From Ignavibacteria bacterium (lineage in GTDB: Bacteria > Bacteroidota > Ignavibacteria > Tepidaquicellales > OLB5): a stretch of 58,128 nt of DNA. The translations under genes were made by a program, and so were the position numbers. The notes beneath the pieces are model-generated. The model made no database searches. It was not told where the DNA came from and saw nothing but the letters and a program-made list of their open reading frames with translations. The stretch lies in assembly GCA_039933555.1 (NCBI GenBank), contig JBDTNV010000003.1, positions 1 to 58,128 of the forward strand. Reading direction: 5' to 3'. Shown in pieces: positions 35,022-44,279 of the stretch; positions within the stretch are counted from its first letter, which is position 1, and every line of letters begins with the position of its first letter.

Positions 35022-37385
35022 TTTTACCAGAACCATTTTTCGTGATTCAACATAACTTCCGGCTTCTATCTTATAGAAATAAACGCCCGATGGAAGATTG
35101 GAACCATCGAACACAACATTGTAATAACCTGCATTCTTAAATTCATTTTTTACAGGTGATGAAATTTCTTCACCAAGCAGGTTATATATCTTCAAGTTAA
35201 CAAATGAACCTTGAGGCAATGAATAATTTATTTTTGTTACGGGGTTGAATGGATTGGGATAATTAAAAATTGCGAATTTCACCGGCAATTGGTTCCCGTG
35301 AATGCCTACAAGAATTGAGTCATCGCACTGCTGATCGTAACCGTTGATTATCGATGCATCCGATCTTAATGAAGCCAGACTGGATAGATCTACGGCTTCT
35401 ATCCTGTAATAAACGCTACGGAACAAGTTAGTACAAAGTACTGTACCCCCGCCTTCAGGATATAAAGAAATCCCGTTATCAATAAATGAATTAGAATCTG
35501 ATGAAACAGAACCGACAAAATTGAATGCCGGCTCTGAATCCGGGTTGCAGTCGGCAAGCACTCCGCGGTAAATATTGTAATGACCATGATCTAAAGGAAC
35601 ACCCATGAAATCAGGTTCTGTATTCTTATCCCATGAGAGTGAAGGATGAAATCTCCCGGTTGAGGGCTCAAATATAAATTTAGATGTCTTTAAGTTTTTG
35701 GGTTTAGCCGGGGCCAGCTCCTGCAAAGCCAGTTTATCATTGTAATATATTTTTATTTTAATGCTGCCGGTAACTGAATCCTGTTCAAGAAGCTTAATAC
35801 TTAATCCTGTCTGAAAACCCGAGCAGGTTACTGATGAAGGGTTGCTGTACGGGCTAAGCAGCTCATCATAACCCATATTATATGCATCCTTGCCGTCTCC
35901 AAGCCAGTCATAAGTAACAAAATAATCATCCGGATTATCGGAGCACGGGTTATCGGTAACTTCCTGCATATTGGTAAATACAGAATCTATTACCTGGTGA
36001 AATTCAGATTTTCCCCTGACATTTCCATTTAGCCTTTCAAATAGCGGAATTGTAAAATTAAATTCAGGAATGAAATATGGCACCATTCTATCTATATACC
36101 AGTCATATTTACCGTCAGCCTGTACTAGTTTTACTTCCTTAAACTCATTGCATCGGGATGCATTCATTTGGTGATAAATGTAAAGTCCTTTGCCGTCAGG
36201 GCAGTAGGGGTCCTGCTGAGCAGCGTTAATTTTCCAGCAGTTCTTCCCGCCCCTTGATATTCCGTCGTAAACGGAAACTTTCTGATGATTGGCAATATAA
36301 TATTTTTCGCCTGTTACAGGCAATTCCAGCTCTATTATATCGCCGGTAGAAATATAATCACCTAATGTATAAGTCTGGGTCTGCTCAAGATAAGGAAACG
36401 TAATTTCTATGGGGCTGATATACTCCAGCGTTTTTCTTTCAAACGGAGAGTAGTTAAGGCATGAATGCTCAACACCCGTCATGAGCCCTATTTCAAAATG
36501 ATTGAAAAAATACCTGTGGCTCAATTCGTGCAGCATTATCTGTGTCATCTTGGTGTAATTCTGAAGTACACTAAGACACGTAACGCCGCTTCCGCTGCTT
36601 ATATTAACGCCATCAAGAATAAAACCATTCATCTGCCCCAGATCTGAAATGCCTGAAACAGGAATATTAATATCTATGAACCAATTACTTTCATCAGGGT
36701 AACCAGGCGCTTTCCGGTATTCCATAACTATCATATCGGCATAGTTATCACCGCCGCCCGGCGCCCATATCCAGCCATCGGGATCATAAGTCCAGTTATT
36801 ATACCTCGAAAAATCAATATTATATTGTGCGTCGGCAAGCTTTATTGCTTCTTCATTTATCTGTGAGCAGTTATATCCCATTTCCTTGTATTCAGTCGAT
36901 GTATGCGGAAGGAGAACAGAATATTCATCGCCAACAACATCAAACTCTCCCCTGGACATTTCACAGAAATAATCGGAAATAGTATATTGCCTGTACCTTT
37001 CCATAAAGTTAACATTAGGGTCACCTTCAGCTGAATCAATAAAGCTGTGATCGGTTGTATACGGGTTTAACGGGCGCGGCATTGTAGGGTCGGGCCAAAC
37101 TGCGAAACCATTCATATTATTCCCCACAAGGTTATCATCCGGAAATCTTACGTATAAAATCAGAATCCTTAAAAACTGCCCCGGTACAGGCGTTTTATGC
37201 ACCATTGTGCCAACAAAGCTTGATTGTATATTGCTTGAAAGCTTGTTTAAATAACCCGGTGGATAGCTGTTTACACCCGGAGTTGAACAATTTAAGTTGT
37301 TTTTGTTATTATATTGTAACGTTTGAGCATTCATAACGGAATGGATAAATAAAAAGCATAAAAAAATTAGTACAATTTTTTTCAT
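35019..37385 (-). CDS. T9SS cargo: putative secreted zinc metallopeptidase (HExxH) with FN3-like domain and T9SS CTD
   Basis: Signal peptide. QIMLHELSHRYF (HExxH). FN3-like PAKPKNLK..LSWDKNTEPDF..YNIYRG. CTD FNYPNPFNPVTKINY..GVYFYKI..KMVLVK*. Confidence 0.7.
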   Translation of the reverse strand: MKKIVLIFLCFLFIHSVMNAQTLQYNNKNNLNCSTPGVNSYPPGYLNKLSSNIQSSFVGTMVHKTPVPGQFLRILILYVRFPDDNLVGNNMNGFAVWPDPTMPRPLNPYTTDHSFIDSAEGDPNVNFMERYRQYTISDYFCEMSRGEFDVVGDEYSVLLPHTSTEYKEMGYNCSQINEEAIKLADAQYNIDFSRYNNWTYDPDGWIWAPGGGDNYADMIVMEYRKAPGYPDESNWFIDINIPVSGISDLGQMNGFILDGVNISSGSGVTCLSVLQNYTKMTQIMLHELSHRYFFNHFEIGLMTGVEHSCLNYSPFERKTLEYISPIEITFPYLEQTQTYTLGDYISTGDIIELELPVTGEKYYIANHQKVSVYDGISRGGKNCWKINAAQQDPYCPDGKGLYIYHQMNASRCNEFKEVKLVQADGKYDWYIDRMVPYFIPEFNFTIPLFERLNGNVRGKSEFHQVIDSVFTNMQEVTDNPCSDNPDDYFVTYDWLGDGKDAYNMGYDELLSPYSNPSSVTCSGFQTGLSIKLLEQDSVTGSIKIKIYYNDKLALQELAPAKPKNLKTSKFIFEPSTGRFHPSLSWDKNTEPDFMGVPLDHGHYNIYRGVLADCNPDSEPAFNFVGSVSSDSNSFIDNGISLYPEGGGTVLCTNLFRSVYYRIEAVDLSSLASLRSDASIINGYDQQCDDSILVGIHGNQLPVKFAIFNYPNPFNPVTKINYSLPQGSFVNLKIYNLLGEEISSPVKNEFKNAGYYNVVFDGSNLPSGVYFYKIEAGSYVESRKMVLVK

Positions 37386-37541
37386 TTGTGTTCTATTTAT
37401 TACTTGTCAAGATACATATACTTCAAATAATATAACATAGTAAAAAATAATTTTTCTGTATTTATAGTTAACTATAAATGTGATGTATTTCATTTCATAA
37501 TATCATAAAAATAAGTAATTTTATCTAAATAATAAAAGATA

Positions 37542-39218
37542 TTGAGCAAATTCAGCATGATTCTGTTATTTCTGATTACAGCAAACTGCTTGGGACAGTT
37601 TAATAGCGAATTTCACTCGAGTGGCGGAGTTAACAGGGAATGGGTAAACAGATTCAACGGACCCGGAAACCGGTTCGATATTGCAACTACAATGAGGCTT
37701 GATGGTACTACTGGGGTAATAGTGTACGGAAATACTGCTTCACTAACTTCATTTTCTGATATTACCGCAATTAAATATTCTCCTTCAGGTATTCTGTTGT
37801 GGCAATCAACGTTTAATGGTTTTGGAAATTCAGTTGATGAAACAAAAGCCGCTGTAATTGATGCCGCAGGTAACTCCTATGTTACCGGCTTTACAGCCGA
37901 TACAAACCAGGTTGTAAAAATTGTAACTTTAAAGATAAATGCAAGCGGAGTTATACTCTGGTCAAAAGTCTTTTTGCCCCCTGCGAATAACCAGGGAATA
38001 GGCATAAGCATAACAAATGATAACACCGGGAATACTTATACCTGTGGGTATACAAGGAGAGCAAACGGCTCAAACTCAATTGTACTAATAAAATACAGCA
38101 CAAACGGTGATCTCTTAGGTTCAGTATTTTTTAATAAGACCCAGACAAGCAGCGAAACTCCTGTTTCAGTTTGCGTTGATAATGCAGGTTTCGTTTATAT
38201 ACTTGCATCATCAAATGCTATTGGAGGAGTTAACGATATTTTAATGCTGAAGTATAGCAGCAGCCTTAATCTGATCTGGCAGAACACATTCAGCGGAAAT
38301 GCTGTGGGAAATGATATCCCCGTACAGATGCTCTTATCGAACGATAACAGGCTTGTTGTTGCAGCGGCAATGAACAATTTACCCGGCGGGCTTGATTACG
38401 GTGTTTTCAGGTTTGATACAAGCTCAGCCCTGGCGATGCAGTATTTTTATAACGGCACAGGCAATAACCAGGATATTCCATATGCAATTACAACAGATAC
38501 GGCAAACAATATTTTTGTGACCGGAAGCTCGAGGAATTCCGATACGCTGGGAAGTGAGGATTTTTTTACAATGAAAATAGACCCAACGGCTTTTTTGGTT
38601 TGGGAAAAAAGATATAACGGCAACGGAAGAGGTTTTGATTACGGGACATCCATTGCAGTTGATAAATGGGGAAACGTTTTTGCCGGAGGTACAACCGATA
38701 AACATGATTTTCATCAGCAGTATGCGCTGCTTAAGTACGGGCCAACAGGCGACCTCCTCTGGCTGGAAGAATACAGCAAAATTGAATACTCAGAGGATTT
38801 TATTTACACAACACTTGCTGATAACAATGGCAATATATATGTCACCGGGATAAGCTTTGACAGCACAACCGATTATGATATAGCAACTATAAAATACAGC
38901 GAGGTAATTGGCATCGGGTCCATTTCAACGGAAGTGCCAAGGGAACTTGCCTTGCTTGGAAATTACCCAAATCCGTTTAATCCCGTGACTAAGATTAAGT
39001 TTCAGATCCCCCAAAATGTGAAAAGTGAAACGTCAAATGTCAAACTGATAGTCTCTAATTTATTGGGTGAGGCGGTTGCTGTTATTATCAACGATAATTT
39101 GAAAGCAGGTATTTATGAAGCTGAGTTTGACGGAAGTAATTTTTCGAGTGGTGTGTACTTTTGCACACTTAGCAATGGTAAAGAAATTAAATCAATGAAA
39201 ATTATATTGATCAAATAA
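37542..39218 (+). CDS. T9SS cargo: SBBP beta-propeller repeat protein
   Basis: Repeated D(A/N)xGNxYVTG(F/Y/I)(T/S) motifs (DAAGNSYVTGFT, DNTGNTYTCGYT, DTANNIFVTGSS, DNNGNIYVTGIS). CTD GNYPNPFNPVTKIKF..GVYFC. The start is either the TTG at 37542 or the ATG at 37557. Confidence 0.8.
   Translation: MSKFSMILLFLITANCLGQFNSEFHSSGGVNREWVNRFNGPGNRFDIATTMRLDGTTGVIVYGNTASLTSFSDITAIKYSPSGILLWQSTFNGFGNSVDETKAAVIDAAGNSYVTGFTADTNQVVKIVTLKINASGVILWSKVFLPPANNQGIGISITNDNTGNTYTCGYTRRANGSNSIVLIKYSTNGDLLGSVFFNKTQTSSETPVSVCVDNAGFVYILASSNAIGGVNDILMLKYSSSLNLIWQNTFSGNAVGNDIPVQMLLSNDNRLVVAAAMNNLPGGLDYGVFRFDTSSALAMQYFYNGTGNNQDIPYAITTDTANNIFVTGSSRNSDTLGSEDFFTMKIDPTAFLVWEKRYNGNGRGFDYGTSIAVDKWGNVFAGGTTDKHDFHQQYALLKYGPTGDLLWLEEYSKIEYSEDFIYTTLADNNGNIYVTGISFDSTTDYDIATIKYSEVIGIGSISTEVPRELALLGNYPNPFNPVTKIKFQIPQNVKSETSNVKLIVSNLLGEAVAVIINDNLKAGIYEAEFDGSNFSSGVYFCTLSNGKEIKSMKIILIK
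39015..39042. repeat. four AAnGTnA heptamers inside the CTD coding region
   Basis: aatgtga aaagtga aacgtca aatgtca encodes NVKSETSNVK. Same unit family as 19900-19934, 20351-20378 and 21171-21198. Confidence 0.7.
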
Positions 39219-39351
39219 CTTGTTATTTGAGCGTGACTACAAGAGTGTTAGCGAAGGTAGTAAACCTTGTATTTAAGGTAGTTAAAGTGATAAGGATCAC
39301 TTTATACTATAATAATAAAAGAATTATAGTTATGTTTAAGAAATCCAACAA

Positions 39352-40593
39352 ATGAAGAGCAGCCGGTACATAATATTTTTCATATTAATATTCATAAGAG
39401 TTGCCCAAAGCCAGTGGTTTCCGCAGGCAGCAGGTACAAATTATGAATTAAAATCCGTTTATTTCACTGGCCCCAATACGGGCTATATTTGCGGATACAA
39501 CCTTGTGCTTAAAACAACCAACGGCGGGCTGAACTGGAACAATACATTTTTGCAGGGAAAACATAATTCACTTACCTTTACCGATAGCGATACAGGTTAT
39601 ATCTCAAGCGATAGCGGAAAAATATTTAAGACCACTAATGCAGGATCGAACTGGAACCTGCAAGTTTCAAACACAATAAAGAACCTTACATCGATCAGTT
39701 TCTTAAATTCAGAAACAGGTATTGTTACAGGATACGGAAAGACCCTTCTTAAAACTACGAGTGGCGGAAATGATTGGTTTTCCATAGCAAATATTATCTG
39801 GGAAGTGGACTTTCTTTCCTCAAAAATAATTAATGCGGATAATTATTTTGCAACAGGTACCGATAGCTATATTATTCGCACTACCAATGGCGGCACAAAC
39901 TGGATACCATTTACACACGGGCAGGTTAACCCCCTGTTTACGGTTGATTTTATTAATGAAAATACAGGATTTGCAACAGGCTGCTGCGGAATGTTCATGG
40001 TTACTACAAACAGCGGAGTAAACTGGAGCCAAGATGTTTACCTGTCTCTTGGTTTTACTTTCTATTCTTTGAGATTTATTGATGCAAATACAGGTTTCTG
40101 CTCAGGTGGTAACGGTATGATATTCAGGACGACTAATACAGGCATTAGCTGGGATTCAACAGTTACCGGAACAGATGAAATACTTTATTCCTTATACATC
40201 ATCAATTCAAATACAGGATGGGCAGTTGGGAATTTTGGCAAGATACTTAAAACAACTAACGGCGGCGGTACAGGCTTTCCAATCGGAATTGAACCTGTAA
40301 CGAATGAAATACCGCGGGCATTCAAACTTAGTCAGAATTATCCTAATCCGTTTAACCCTGTAACCAAGATCAGGTTTGAAACCCCTTTTAATCCCGGCGA
40401 AGTGGGGAACCAAGTCAGACTTTTCATATATGATGTAACAGGTAAACTGGAAAAGATTTTGCTGGATAGTTTTTTAAAAGCCGGGGTTTATGAAATTGAT
40501 TTTGAAGGAAGCAATTTTTCCAGTGGAATTTATTACTATGTTCTTGAATCCGGAGGTTACATTGAGTCAAGGAAAATGGTTCTGTTAAAATAA
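39352..40593 (+). CDS. T9SS cargo: BNR/Ycf48-like beta-propeller protein
   Basis: Seven TTN(G/A/S)G.NW repeats. CTD SQNYPNPFNPVTKIRF..GIYYYVL..KMVLLK*. Confidence 0.8.
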   Translation: MKSSRYIIFFILIFIRVAQSQWFPQAAGTNYELKSVYFTGPNTGYICGYNLVLKTTNGGLNWNNTFLQGKHNSLTFTDSDTGYISSDSGKIFKTTNAGSNWNLQVSNTIKNLTSISFLNSETGIVTGYGKTLLKTTSGGNDWFSIANIIWEVDFLSSKIINADNYFATGTDSYIIRTTNGGTNWIPFTHGQVNPLFTVDFINENTGFATGCCGMFMVTTNSGVNWSQDVYLSLGFTFYSLRFIDANTGFCSGGNGMIFRTTNTGISWDSTVTGTDEILYSLYIINSNTGWAVGNFGKILKTTNGGGTGFPIGIEPVTNEIPRAFKLSQNYPNPFNPVTKIRFETPFNPGEVGNQVRLFIYDVTGKLEKILLDSFLKAGVYEIDFEGSNFSSGIYYYVLESGGYIESRKMVLLK

Positions 40594-40641
40594 CGTAGTT
40601 AGTTTGCCGCCTTGTTTTCCTGGCCCGTTTTTGAGCTAAGG
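40591..40641 (+). repeat. post-stop conserved element, copy C
   Basis: TAAcgtagttagtttgccgccttgttttcctggcccgtttttgagctaagg. Confidence 0.85.
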
Positions 40642-40808
40642 TTGATCAAATAATACCGGAAAATGCCCTTTTTTAGCTATTTATACCCTGATTAATATTA
40701 AATTAAGATAAAATTAGACTTGAAATTTAATTCTAAATGAATTAGTTTTTCGATACTAAATCTACAAATTCAACAATTTTTATAATAATCTAAGAGAGGA
40801 ACAATAAA

Positions 40809-41870
40809 ATGAAAAAGCATTTACTAATTGTAATTGCCCTCATTTCACTGGTTGGTTTTAAACCTGATGTTACTGCGCAAACAGGTTACAATGCTGTTTT
40901 AGAGTACTGTACAGGAACATGGTGCCAATACTGTCCATGCGGACATTTGGTAGTGCACGATATATTAACAAATTATCCAAATACAATGATACTGGCATAC
41001 CATGGCCCAAGCAACGACCCATGGACAACAACAGGCTTACCAATGATCCAGGCATTTGGATTCAACGCTTATCCAACAGGTGTTGTGAGCAGAAACACAG
41101 GTATTATTGATAGGGCAGGCTGGAATAATAAAGTAGTTATTCAGTCACTTACCTTTCAACCCGGAGTTGATATTGTTTTAAATAACAAACAATATAATCC
41201 CGGAACAAGAACAATTACTGCAGATGTTCAGTTAACTTCAACAACAACTTTGACAGGTACTTATTATGTAATGTTCATTTTAACAGAAAATAACCTGGTC
41301 TATCCGCAGACCGGTAATGCAGGCTGCATAGGCGGAAGTAATTATACACATGATCATGTAGTTAGAGGCTTGGTTAACGGAACAACAGGAACATTATTAA
41401 ACACAACAGATAACTGGACATCCGGAACATCTGTTACAGTTCCGTTAAGTTATGTTATACCTGCAGGTATAATTGAAGGTAATTCAAACATGAACATATT
41501 TGTTTATCGCGGCGGCGGAAGTATTTCTGTTGACCAGCAGATCCAGCAGTCAAAAATTCAGTCTGTCACGATGCCGGTTGGCGTTCAGAACCAGAATGAA
41601 GTTGCGGATAAATTCAGCTTAGAGCAGAACTATCCGAATCCGTTCAACCCGACAACAAACATAAAGTTCTCAATTCCAAGCGATCAGCACGTAAGCTTGA
41701 AATTCTATAACTCTATGGGACAGGAAGTTGCAACATATGTTGATGATTTCCTAAAAGCAGGCGTTTACAATGCTGATTTTGATGCTTCAAATCTTTCAAG
41801 CGGAATTTATTTCTATACTTTGAAAACAACAAACTTTGTTGAAACAAAGAAAATGATGTTAGTGAAATAA
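40809..41870 (+). CDS. T9SS cargo: Omp28-like thioredoxin-fold protein (CxxCxC)
   Basis: Signal peptide. AVLEYCTGTWCQYCPCGH. YNPGTRTI..TGTYYVMFILTENNLVYPQ. CTD EQNYPNPFNPTTNIKF..GIYFYTL..KMMLVK*. Confidence 0.8.
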   Translation: MKKHLLIVIALISLVGFKPDVTAQTGYNAVLEYCTGTWCQYCPCGHLVVHDILTNYPNTMILAYHGPSNDPWTTTGLPMIQAFGFNAYPTGVVSRNTGIIDRAGWNNKVVIQSLTFQPGVDIVLNNKQYNPGTRTITADVQLTSTTTLTGTYYVMFILTENNLVYPQTGNAGCIGGSNYTHDHVVRGLVNGTTGTLLNTTDNWTSGTSVTVPLSYVIPAGIIEGNSNMNIFVYRGGGSISVDQQIQQSKIQSVTMPVGVQNQNEVADKFSLEQNYPNPFNPTTNIKFSIPSDQHVSLKFYNSMGQEVATYVDDFLKAGVYNADFDASNLSSGIYFYTLKTTNFVETKKMMLVK

Positions 41871-41938
41871 CGTATTTATTTTGTTTTGTATTACCCTGTT
41901 TAACGGGTTAATCTTAAAAATATTACATACCAATTAAG

Positions 41939-41967
41939 AGCGGGGTTTTTTGCCCCGCTTTTTTTAT
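41939..41967 (+). terminator. rho-independent terminator
   Basis: AGCGGGG-ttttttg-CCCCGCTttttttt. Confidence 0.8.
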
Positions 41968-41991
41968 TAAATTTAGACTTTGGAGAAGGTT

Positions 41992-43086
41992 ATGAACAAA
42001 AAAATTATTTTACTGTTTGTTGTTCTTTTTTCTGTATTCTTTATACAGGGCACGAATTCAGAACCAAGAAGAATGGTGCTTGAATTCTGCACAGGCACAT
42101 GGTGCGGGTACTGCCCTTGCGGCGATGTTGCTGCAGAGCAGATACTTGTTACTTATCCGAATACTATAGTAATAGCTTATCACGGCGGCTCTGACCCATG
42201 GCAATACTTTAACGGCAATCCATTGAGGACAATGCTGGGTTTTGCAGCCTATCCAACCGGTATATTCGATAGAACGAATCACCCCGGGAATGGTTCAAGC
42301 TTTCCATATATCACATATAATATGTGGACAAGTTATGCAAGCACACGGTATACCGCTTCGCCAAATTCAGTGATAAATGTTATAGTATCATCAAGCAGCT
42401 ATAACCCGGGTACAAGATCACTCAGTGTGACAGTTAATGCCACAGCTTTGCAGGATTTGACCGGCCAGTATAAGGTTGTATATGTATTGACCGAAGATAA
42501 TGTTGTGTACCCCCAGAATTATTATGCTTCCTGTGGAACTGCCGGATATCATAATGATTATGTTCATAAATGGATCGCAAGGACAGTTGCAAATGATCCC
42601 AACGGTGAAAACGTTAATACAGGTACATGGAGCACCAACCAGATGATCTCCAAAAGTATTACTACTACAATTGATAGTGCCTGGATACCAGAAAACTGCA
42701 ACATGAACGTTATAATTTATAAAGATAATCCCTCAGGGCTTTACCTGAGCGAAGTTGGCCAGGGAGTTACAAAGAAAGTTTCTGAGCTTGTTGGAATTTC
42801 CCAGACGGGAACTCAATTACCGGAAGTTTATGCGCTTTCTCAGAATTACCCGAATCCGTTTAACCCAACAACAAATATAAAGTTTACACTCCCAAAAGAC
42901 GGAAATGTAAGCCTTAAGCTGTATAACTCCATGGGTCAGGTTGTTGGTACATATGCCGATGGTTTTATGAAGGCCGGATCATATAATGCAGAAATTGACG
43001 GTTCAGATCTTTCAAGCGGCGTTTATTTCTATTCTTTAGTAACTGATAACTTTGTTGACACAAAGAAAATGATGCTGGTAAAATAA
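41992..43086 (+). CDS. T9SS cargo: Omp28-like thioredoxin-fold protein (CxxCxC), paralog of 40809
   Basis: I prefer the ATG at 41992 (ggagaagg RBS; MNKKIILLFVVLF). MVLEFCTGTWCGYCPCGD. YNPGTRSL..TGQYKVVYVLTEDNVVYPQ. CTD SQNYPNPFNPTTNIKF. Confidence 0.8.
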   Translation: MNKKIILLFVVLFSVFFIQGTNSEPRRMVLEFCTGTWCGYCPCGDVAAEQILVTYPNTIVIAYHGGSDPWQYFNGNPLRTMLGFAAYPTGIFDRTNHPGNGSSFPYITYNMWTSYASTRYTASPNSVINVIVSSSSYNPGTRSLSVTVNATALQDLTGQYKVVYVLTEDNVVYPQNYYASCGTAGYHNDYVHKWIARTVANDPNGENVNTGTWSTNQMISKSITTTIDSAWIPENCNMNVIIYKDNPSGLYLSEVGQGVTKKVSELVGISQTGTQLPEVYALSQNYPNPFNPTTNIKFTLPKDGNVSLKLYNSMGQVVGTYADGFMKAGSYNAEIDGSDLSSGVYFYSLVTDNFVDTKKMMLVK

Positions 43087-43171
43087 CGAAGTTGTTTTGC
43101 CGCCTTGTTTTCCTGGCTCGTTTTTGAGCTAAGGTTAGTGAAATAGCGAAGCTGTTTTACTACCTTGTTTC
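43084..43171 (+). repeat. post-stop conserved element, copy D, plus degenerate tandem stub D'
   Basis: D: TAAcgaagttgttttgccgccttgttttcctggctcgtttttgagctaagg, 43084-43134. D' (43138-43171): gtgaaaTAGcgaagctgttttactaccttgtttc re-copies the last codons (LVK*) plus the 5' half of the element. Confidence 0.8.
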
Positions 43172-43195
43172 TATAGAAATTATATTCAATTATGA

Positions 43196-43224
43196 AAAGC
43201 GGGCTTAGTGCCCGCTTTCTTTCA
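43196..43224 (+). terminator. rho-independent terminator
   Basis: AAAGCGGGC-ttagt-GCCCGCTTTctttc. Confidence 0.7.
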
Positions 43225-43241
43225 ATAAAACAAATAATAAG

Positions 43242-44279
43242 ATGAAGAACTATTTACTCTTTTTCCTGATGATTGGTTTCTTAATTTCATCCGCAAGTTC
43301 ACAATTTGTGAGAAAAGTGCTTTTTGAAGAAGCTACCAATGCTTCTTGCGGACCCTGTGCAGCTAATAATCCTTACCTTAAAGCATATATAGATGCTAAA
43401 GGAGACTCTATCATTGCAATAAAGTATCATGCAAGCTTTCCGGGGGTTGATCCTATGTACAGCCATAATCCATCACAAAGCCAGGAAAGATATGCGGCAT
43501 ACTATGGCATGAATGCAATGCCCTGGCTTAATTCAGATGGTATCATAAATGATATATGGCCTTTTTCTATAGCAAACCTTGATAACGGTTTCTATTCAAG
43601 GCTTGCAATTCCGGCGCCGCTTACAATTTCCGTAACAGATCAAAGAATTGCGGGTGACTCAATAAGGGCGACTGTTAACATTAACCTTCCTTCAAACCTT
43701 CCTTCAGGCAATTATAAGCTCAGGGTTATGGCGATAGAAAAATGGGTTATATATACAGTTCCGCCGGGCAGCAACGGTGAGACAATCTTTGAGCATGTTT
43801 TCAGAAGAGCGTACCCGAATACTGCAGGTACAACCTACAACGGCACTGCCGGAAACCAGCAGTTCGTTTTCACATACAAAGTTGATGCTGCATGGAAAGA
43901 TACTTCTATGATAACTGTTGCATTCATACAGAATGATAACAATAAAGAAGTTATGAATGTCGGTAAAGGCTCTGTGATTCCGGTAGGTATTAATAATAAT
44001 AATTCAGGCATACCAACAGGTTATTCAGTATCGCAGAATTACCCGAATCCGTTCAACCCGGTAACCAAAATTAATTTCAGCCTGCCTGCCTCATCAGATG
44101 TTAGGCTTGCTGTTTTTGATATGCTCGGTCAGGAAGTCTCAGTGCTTTCCAACGGAAAATTTGAGGCAGGTAGTTACTCGATAGATTACAATGCGTCAAA
44201 TCTGCCAAGCGGAATTTATTTTTACACTCTCAATGCCGGAAGCTTTACTGAAACCAAAAAAATGATGTTGATAAAGTAA
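43242..44279 (+). CDS. T9SS cargo: Omp28-like thioredoxin-fold protein (CGPC), paralog of the 32944 N-domain
   Basis: Signal peptide. VLFEEATNASCGPCAANNP. PPGSNGETIFEHVFRR. CTD SQNYPNPFNPVTKINF..GIYFYTL..KMMLIK*. Confidence 0.8.
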   Translation: MKNYLLFFLMIGFLISSASSQFVRKVLFEEATNASCGPCAANNPYLKAYIDAKGDSIIAIKYHASFPGVDPMYSHNPSQSQERYAAYYGMNAMPWLNSDGIINDIWPFSIANLDNGFYSRLAIPAPLTISVTDQRIAGDSIRATVNINLPSNLPSGNYKLRVMAIEKWVIYTVPPGSNGETIFEHVFRRAYPNTAGTTYNGTAGNQQFVFTYKVDAAWKDTSMITVAFIQNDNNKEVMNVGKGSVIPVGINNNNSGIPTGYSVSQNYPNPFNPVTKINFSLPASSDVRLAVFDMLGQEVSVLSNGKFEAGSYSIDYNASNLPSGIYFYTLNAGSFTETKKMMLIK

